Source: Patescibacteria group bacterium
GTDB taxonomy: Bacteria; Patescibacteriota; Patescibacteriia; Magasanikbacterales; GWA2-37-8
Reading direction: 5' to 3'
NCBI GenBank assembly: GCA_004321885.1
Contig: SCQK01000011.1
Coordinates: 1-4,068, forward strand
Length of the DNA stretch: 4,068 nucleotides
Positions 1-4,068 of the stretch are shown one piece after another (position 1 is the stretch's first letter; the number at the start of each line of letters is the position of its first letter). Position numbers and translations under genes: made by a program. Below the pieces are notes generated by a model. It had not been told where the DNA came from and ran no database searches. It saw only the letters and a program-made list of their open reading frames with translations.

Positions 1-55
1 GGATATTATCATTAATAATTTTGAGCAGGTGTTTGGGTGGACGAAGAGGGTGAAG

Positions 56-137
56 TTGTAAGGCGAAGCTTCGCAATCGCGGCAGGGCTCGGAAATGAAA
101 TTAAAATTTCATTTCACTCGCCCTTTGCGATTGTAGG
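56..137. repeat. Imperfect palindromic repeat element, copy A (REP/MITE-like), lying between a possible upstream gene end and the ATPase promoter
   Basis: Seen in sequence. There is a 12-bp perfect palindrome GCGAAGCTTCGC at 63-74. There is a perfect 11-bp-stem, 2-nt-loop hairpin GAAATGAAATT-AA-AATTTCATTTC at 92-115. Outer arms CAATCGC (74-80) and GCGATTG (127-133) pair around it, and AGGGC (84-88) pairs with GCCCT (120-124), giving an imperfect stem-loop of about 60 nt. The termini TTGTAAGG (56-63) and TTCACTC (113-119)-N10-ATTGTAGG (130-137) recur in copy B downstream. Confidence 0.55.
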
Positions 138-151
138 TGTGGATTCAGAGC

Positions 152-180
152 TTGACAAAAAGTTGTACTAATTGTATGAT
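152..180 (+). promoter_or_regulatory. Sigma70-type promoter: -35 TTGACA (152-157), 17-nt spacer, -10 TATGAT (175-180). Predicted TSS is near 187-188, about 22 nt before the ATG at 210.
   Basis: The -35 hexamer is an exact consensus match. The -10 matches TATAAT at 5 of 6 positions. The 17-bp spacing is optimal. The block sits directly upstream of the ATPase ORF in an AT-rich leader with no Shine-Dalgarno sequence. Confidence 0.6.
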
Positions 181-209
181 GAAGTTATAAAATAGTATTA
201 CTAATTATT

Positions 210-1388
210 ATGTTTTATTCACGCAAAATCCTCCCCTTTTTGAAGCAGCATCTAAAGAAGCGGCCGATTACGGTTATTACCGGGATGAGACGAACCGGCA
301 AAACAACGTTGGTAAAGCGTCTTTTGGATTTGGCGCCGGCAAAAAACAAAATTTATCTTGATTTGGAATTGCAATCCAATCAAGATATTTTCGCTCCAAG
401 AAATTATGATGAAATAATCCAAACCCTGCGCCGCCGTGGTTTGACGTTTGAACAAAAAGTATATATAGCGATAGACGAAATTCAGCTTGTACAAAACATT
501 CCAAGTATCTTAAAGTACCTTTATGATAATTTTGATATTAAATTTATTGTTACTGGTTCCAGTTCGTATTACATGAAAAATTTATTCGCCGAATCTCTGG
601 CCGGCCGTAAAAAAATATTTGAGCTTTATCCTTTGGATTTTGGCGAATTTCTTGATTTTAAAGAATTTCCGCGCGCGCGCGCAAATAATTGGCAGAGCAA
701 ATTTAATGTGGCGGAATACGAAAGAATCAGGATGTATTATGAAGAATACGTGGAATTCGGCGGTTTTCCGGAAGTGGTTTTGGCAAAAATCGCCGCTGAT
801 AAAAAGGAATTGCTGGACGATATTATTAGTTCATACATAAAAATTGACGTGGCGACTCTTTCGGATTTTCATGATCGGCAAAATGTTTATGATATAATCA
901 AGATGCTGGCAAGCCGCGTGAGCAACAAAATTGATTTTTCCAAACTCTCTCGTTTATCCGGAATTTCGCGAACGATGGCGCGGAACTATCTTGGTCTTTT
1001 TACCGATACCTATCTTGTTGCGCAGGTGCCTGTTTATACCAGAAATCGCGATCGTGAAATAGTAAAAGCAAAAAAATTGTATTTTTGCGACAACGGACTG
1101 CTGTCTTTTTTGGCAGACGTCGGCAGCGGGGCGAAATTTGAAAATGCCGTTTTTAACCAGCTCCGTCATAATGGGCAAATTAGTTATTTCTCACTTAAAA
1201 ACGGTAGGGAAATAGATTTTGTTTTGGATGAAAAAATAGCTTTTGAGGCAAAGGAAACGCCGACACAGACAGATTTAACCAATTTGAAAAATTTGGCTAA
1301 AACGGCCGGTTTGAGGAAACACCGTCTGATCGGCCGGCGACGGTCTCCCGTTTTTAGTGATTATATGTGGGGGGGAGAAATAGTATGA
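210..1388 (+). CDS. AAA+ superfamily ATPase, AAA_14 N-terminal domain plus DUF4143 C-terminal domain (COG1373-like 'predicted ATPase'); function unknown; 392 aa
   Basis: This is the 392-aa ORF from the supplied track. Walker A GMRRTGKTT sits at aa 25-33 (nt 282-308). Walker B hhhhDE is YIAIDEIQ at about aa 85-92, followed by a sensor-like IVTGSSS. The DUF4143 hallmark FSKLSRLSGISRTMARNYLGLFTDTYLV...KKLYFCDNGLL matches my recollection of the family consensus LAKELGIS..TV..YL..LE..FLI...KIYFYDTGL. The C-terminal GREIDFVLDEK (D336, nt 1215-1217) and IAFEAKE (E346-x-K348, nt 1245-1253) resemble a PD-(D/E)xK catalytic motif. ATG 210 leaves about 24 residues before the P-loop, which is typical for this family. 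Confidence 0.92.
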   Translation: MFYSRKILPFLKQHLKKRPITVITGMRRTGKTTLVKRLLDLAPAKNKIYLDLELQSNQDIFAPRNYDEIIQTLRRRGLTFEQKVYIAIDEIQLVQNIPSILKYLYDNFDIKFIVTGSSSYYMKNLFAESLAGRKKIFELYPLDFGEFLDFKEFPRARANNWQSKFNVAEYERIRMYYEEYVEFGGFPEVVLAKIAADKKELLDDIISSYIKIDVATLSDFHDRQNVYDIIKMLASRVSNKIDFSKLSRLSGISRTMARNYLGLFTDTYLVAQVPVYTRNRDREIVKAKKLYFCDNGLLSFLADVGSGAKFENAVFNQLRHNGQISYFSLKNGREIDFVLDEKIAFEAKETPTQTDLTNLKNLAKTAGLRKHRLIGRRRSPVFSDYMWGGEIV

Positions 1389-1470
1389 GAAATTAATTTT
1401 GAGATAGGGGGCGAAATTCGTTGTACGGTAAAATAGGGGGAGAGAAAATTAAAACCAAAAAAATTCAGCT

Positions 1471-4068
1471 ATGCTTGTCTGGCTGAAAATAATCTATTTC
1501 CGCTTGAAGCACAAATTGTTTGGCGTATTTTTACGTCGTTCGCTGAAACGAGCGTTCTCTTTGGTACCCTCCCCTATTAGGGGAGGGACAAAGGGTGGGG
1601 TTTCTCGCCATCGCCGCCAACGCGGCTATGGCCGGGCTGTCATTGCGAGCGAAGCGAAGCAATCCCATGCGTATTTAAGAAATGCCCTGCTTTTTTGTAA
1701 GGAATTGCTTCGTCGCTTCACTCCTCGCAATGACATTGTGGGCCTTCTCCACCCCCGCCACTTTCGCGCCGCCATCGCCTCGCTGGTCATCATCACCATA
1801 CTTCTCAATATTTTCAAACCGGCGCCGAGCAATATCGCCTATGGCGCCACATACACTTTTACCCAAACATCGTGGAGCGGCGGCGCCAGTTCTACCGCAG
1901 TGGCCACGCATGCCAGCGACCAGAGCGGGTGGAATAAATATGTTACGCTCGTGGATGGCGGTTTAGCGGGTCATTGGAAAATGGATGAAGCAAGTTGGAA
2001 TGGCACGGCCAATGAAGTGCGGGATAATTCTCAAAACAGAAATCATGGCGTGGTTTCCGGTTCAGTTCCTCTCTCAAATACCACCGCGGACGCGAAATAC
2101 AGCCGAGCCGGGAGTTTAGACGGCAATGACGCCGTAGTAGTTAGCGACTCCTCCAGTTTAAGGCCGGCGCAGCTCACAGTCTCTGCCTGGATTAAACCAA
2201 ACGGCGTTCAAGTCGGCGCTGCTAGAATCCTTGAAAAATATTGGGGCGGCGCTCCGACTTGGGATTCTTTTGTTTTGCGCTATGGATATACAGACAACGG
2301 AGAAAATCCAAACGCCATTACTTTTGACATCGGCAAATCCGGCGGGTGGACTGGTTGCATCAGCACTTCAACCAGTTTTAGCGGTGTATGGTCATTCATT
2401 GTTGGAACGTATGATAAGCAAAGTTTAAAAATTTATGTGAATGGTCAATTAGACAATGGCAACTGTCCGGAAACAGCGGATGTTATTTACACCAGCGGCG
2501 CTTTAAATATAGGTAAGTACGAGGGCGGCTCGGGCTTCAATTATAATGGCATAGTTGATGATGTTCGTGTCTATAATCGCGCCTTGTCCGCCTCTGAAGT
2601 GCGTAATTTGTACCGAGACACTTATCCGGATACTATTTCGGCCGGCGCCATGGTGCAACTGGCCTACATCAGTCCCACCTCTACGACCAGCACTTACTCC
2701 ACTGGCACCTCCACGCTCATCTCTTCTATTTTTGACGCTGGTGACGCGACCAATGTGGTCTCTAACATAAAATGGACAACCACGACCCAGCCGAGCGGGA
2801 CAGCCATTCTTTTTCAATTGCGCACAGCCAGCACTTCGGCTCTTGTTGACTTGGCCACTTTCGTAGGGCCGGATGGCACAGCCAATACATATTTTACCGA
2901 CCCCACCGGCGCGCAAAACACCACCACGACCATGCGCGACGGGGCCAACGACAGATTTTTTCAATACAAGGCGATTTTGACCACGACTAACGCGCTTAAT
3001 ACCCCCACCCTTGACCGGGTTCAAGTAACTTATGTTGTTAATGCCCCGCCTGAGGTGCAAAATGTGGTGGCGACAGCTAATGACGATGGCACGGTTACTG
3101 TTTCTTATCAAACACGCGATACAGACACTGATTCTGGCACTTTGGCCAATCGTTACAAAATTACGCCCTCGTTCCAATATTGTCCAAATGGCACGGGGTG
3201 TCAAAGCATTACCGCTCTCACGGCAAGTTCCACCGAGGCCAAAGCCGTGGCCACTTCCACTTGGACCACCCATACCGCCACTTGGACTCCGGCCACGGAT
3301 TTTTCCAACACCTATGACACTAATGCCGTAGTTAGAGTTACCGCCAACGATAACGAAGAAGCTAATAATACTGGTTCAGCCAATTCGGTTGGCTTTACTT
3401 TGGATACTATTGTTCCAACTTCCAGCGCTGTCAGTGTGAATGCTTCTGTTTCGCCTGTCGCTCTTGCTCTCTCGTCCTCGGATAGCTCCACCCTCTACAT
3501 GAAAATTTCTTTGAACAGCGATTTATCCGGCGCCAGTTGGCAAAGTTACGCCACAACCTCAACTATTACTCTGGCCAATCCCACCAGCACTGTCTATGTC
3601 CGCTATAAAGACGCGTATGGCAATCAGTCGTCAATTCTTTCCGCCGCTCCCCCAGAACAGCCAACTAATGCTGTTGTCCAAGACACAACAAATATCCTTA
3701 ATGGTCAGACGGATTATCGCCTGTTTATCGCCTGGAAAAAAATTGCCACGCCTGCTTCTGGTTTTGCCAATTACAAAGTTTATCGCGCCACTTCCACTGG
3801 CGGCAGTTATTCTCTTGTTGGCACTGTAATTGACATTAACACAAATTTTTTTACCGACACTACCACTGCCTATAATACTGATTATTACTATTACATTACG
3901 GCCACGGATAATTCCAGCAGCATCTCCTACAAGTCCTCAATCTTAAACGGCAAAGCCAACGGCACCCAAGACGCGGGCGAGGGCGGGGGCATCATACCGG
4001 CGGCCAACACCCCCACCATTTCCAATGTCGCCACTTCCTCGCCCACACCCTCGTCAATCACCATTACC
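1471..4068 (+). CDS. Large secreted or membrane-anchored surface protein, 5'-partial at the window end. N-terminal signal-anchor helix, then a LamG/concanavalin-A-like lectin domain (Laminin_G_3 type), then Thr/Ser-rich beta-sandwich (FN3/Ig-like) modules. It continues beyond 4068.
   Basis: My manual translation of the frame with codons at positions congruent to 1 mod 3 is stop-free from the TAA at 1450-1452 to the window end. The track omits it because there is no stop in the window. The first in-frame ATG is 1471. An in-frame GTG at 1738 begins a textbook signal anchor, VGLLHPRHFRAAIASLVIITILLNIFKPAPS. LamG hallmarks span about 1990-2630: ...LTVSAWIKPNG...WSFIVGTYDKQSLKIYVNGQLD...NGIVDDVRVYNRALSASEVRNLY. 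FN3-like hallmarks lie downstream: YKVYRATSTGGSYSLVGTV...TDTTTAYNTDYYYYITATDNSS. The composition is rich in T/S/A/G/N and low in charged residues, which fits an extracellular protein. The start is uncertain. ATG 1471 would give a basic tail of about 89 aa that contains the repeat elements. GTG 1738 gives a classical signal peptide but sits in GC-rich structured sequence. Confidence 0.8.
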   Translation, partial: MLVWLKIIYFRLKHKLFGVFLRRSLKRAFSLVPSPIRGGTKGGVSRHRRQRGYGRAVIASEAKQSHAYLRNALLFCKELLRRFTPRNDIVGLLHPRHFRAAIASLVIITILLNIFKPAPSNIAYGATYTFTQTSWSGGASSTAVATHASDQSGWNKYVTLVDGGLAGHWKMDEASWNGTANEVRDNSQNRNHGVVSGSVPLSNTTADAKYSRAGSLDGNDAVVVSDSSSLRPAQLTVSAWIKPNGVQVGAARILEKYWGGAPTWDSFVLRYGYTDNGENPNAITFDIGKSGGWTGCISTSTSFSGVWSFIVGTYDKQSLKIYVNGQLDNGNCPETADVIYTSGALNIGKYEGGSGFNYNGIVDDVRVYNRALSASEVRNLYRDTYPDTISAGAMVQLAYISPTSTTSTYSTGTSTLISSIFDAGDATNVVSNIKWTTTTQPSGTAILFQLRTASTSALVDLATFVGPDGTANTYFTDPTGAQNTTTTMRDGANDRFFQYKAILTTTNALNTPTLDRVQVTYVVNAPPEVQNVVATANDDGTVTVSYQTRDTDTDSGTLANRYKITPSFQYCPNGTGCQSITALTASSTEAKAVATSTWTTHTATWTPATDFSNTYDTNAVVRVTANDNEEANNTGSANSVGFTLDTIVPTSSAVSVNASVSPVALALSSSDSSTLYMKISLNSDLSGASWQSYATTSTITLANPTSTVYVRYKDAYGNQSSILSAAPPEQPTNAVVQDTTNILNGQTDYRLFIAWKKIATPASGFANYKVYRATSTGGSYSLVGTVIDINTNFFTDTTTAYNTDYYYYITATDNSSSISYKSSILNGKANGTQDAGEGGGIIPAANTPTISNVATSSPTPSSITIT
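1567..1587. repeat. Perfect GC-rich palindrome/hairpin CCCTCCCCT-ATT-AGGGGAGGG with a 9-bp stem and 3-nt loop
   Basis: Seen directly: 1567-1575 is the exact reverse complement of 1579-1587. No U-tract follows (the downstream sequence is ACAAAGGGTGGGG), so it is not a canonical intrinsic terminator. It lies 180 nt after the ATPase stop and inside the stop-free frame of the downstream gene. Confidence 0.7.
1639..1741. repeat. Imperfect inverted-repeat element, copy B: arms of about 25-31 bp at 1639-1663 and 1704-1734, a 40-nt loop, and terminal ATTGTGG (1735-1741)
   Basis: The left arm is GTCATTGCGAGCGAAGCGAAGCAAT. The right arm ATTGCTTCGTCGCTTCACTCCTCGCAATGAC is its reverse complement apart from a roughly 6-nt insertion. 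It shares TTGTAAGG (1694-1701), GCTTCG/TCGCAAT and TTCACTC (1717-1723)-N11-ATTGTGG with copy A at 56-137. Every frame translates to VIASEAKQS / LLRRFTPRND / DCFASLAMT-type peptides. I recall, unverified, that these are hallmark pseudo-peptides of a widespread palindromic repeat family. The overlapping small track ORFs 1626-1832(-), 1675-1911(-) and 1682-1966(+) derive from this element. Confidence 0.6.

Noticed and set aside
2-60. Frame-2 open stretch ending at TAA 58-60 (…DIIINNFEQVFGWTKRVKL*)
   Set aside because: It may be the 3' end of an upstream gene, with repeat copy A just downstream of it. Only 19 codons are visible with no recognisable motif, so it cannot be supported as a feature.
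177-191. Tiny ORF ATGATGAAGTTATAA inside the promoter region
   Set aside because: It is four codons long and overlaps the -10 element and predicted TSS, so it is not a plausible gene.
252-1178. Track ORFs 252-494(-), 277-504(-), 619-840(+) and 954-1178(-)
   Set aside because: They are embedded in, or antisense to, the well-supported ATPase CDS. They have no motifs or signals and are typical length-by-chance ORFs in AT-rich coding DNA.
1368-1445. Repeated G-runs and the ATAGGGGG x2 direct repeat as a CRISPR-like array or G-quadruplex
   Set aside because: There are only two short copies with irregular spacing and no repeat-spacer periodicity. Fewer than four closely spaced G-runs of adequate length are present for a confident G4 call.
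1567-1600. Palindrome at 1567-1587 as a rho-independent terminator of the ATPase gene
   Set aside because: The stem is strong but no U-tract follows on either strand, and it lies 180 nt past the stop codon.
1626-1966. Small overlapping ORFs 1626-1832(-), 1675-1911(-) and 1682-1966(+)
   Set aside because: They are products of the stop-poor palindromic repeat and carry the DCFASLAMT / VIARSEATKQ-type repeat peptides. They also overlap the 5' end of the real plus-strand gene out of frame.
2503-3273. 256-aa minus-strand ORF (MGGPSGSGHGFGLGG...)
   Set aside because: It lies entirely antisense to the LamG/FN3 gene. The Gly/Arg-rich, low-complexity translation is typical of the reverse frame of Thr/Ala/Ser-rich GC-biased coding sequence. 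It has no start context or independent signals.
2231-3829. Plus-strand small ORFs 2231-2428, 2555-2770, 3032-3331 and 3596-3829
   Set aside because: They are out-of-frame segments inside the long LamG/FN3 reading frame, and the Pro/Leu-rich translations look spurious.

Overview
The window carries two plus-strand genes separated by repeat-rich spacers. No rRNA, tRNA, CRISPR array, transposase or integrase is visible. Gene 1 (210-1388) is a complete 392-aa standalone AAA+ ATPase of the AAA_14/DUF4143 ('COG1373-like') family. It has a Walker A motif GMRRTGKTT, a Walker B motif IAIDE, the family hallmark KLYFCDNGLL, and a C-terminal D...ExK motif that suggests a PD-(D/E)xK nuclease-like fold. It is preceded by a near-consensus sigma70-type promoter (TTGACA-17-TATGAT). 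Gene 2 runs from 1471 (alternatively 1738) past the window end. It is the 5' part of a very large secreted or membrane-anchored protein: one signal-anchor helix, a LamG/concanavalin-A-like lectin domain, then Thr/Ser-rich beta-sandwich (FN3/Ig-like) modules. The supplied ORF track does not list it because the frame has no stop inside the window. The ATPase cassette is bracketed by two imperfect copies of a palindromic repeat element, at 56-137 and about 1639-1741. Both copies share the motifs TTGTAAGG, GCGAAGC/GCAAT(C) and TTCACTC-N10/11-ATTGTRGG. A separate perfect GC-rich palindrome lies at 1567-1587. Translating the right-hand element gives the peptide motifs VIASEAKQS / LLRRFTPRND / DCFASLAMT. 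I recall, from memory only, that these recur as spurious 'hypothetical proteins' from a widespread palindromic repeat family. Neither gene has a Shine-Dalgarno sequence. Gene 1 is AT-rich (about 37-40% GC) while gene 2 is about 50% GC. The overall picture fits an accessory region of a small-genome, surface-protein-rich bacterium, possibly Patescibacteria/CPR-like, though that assignment is speculative.
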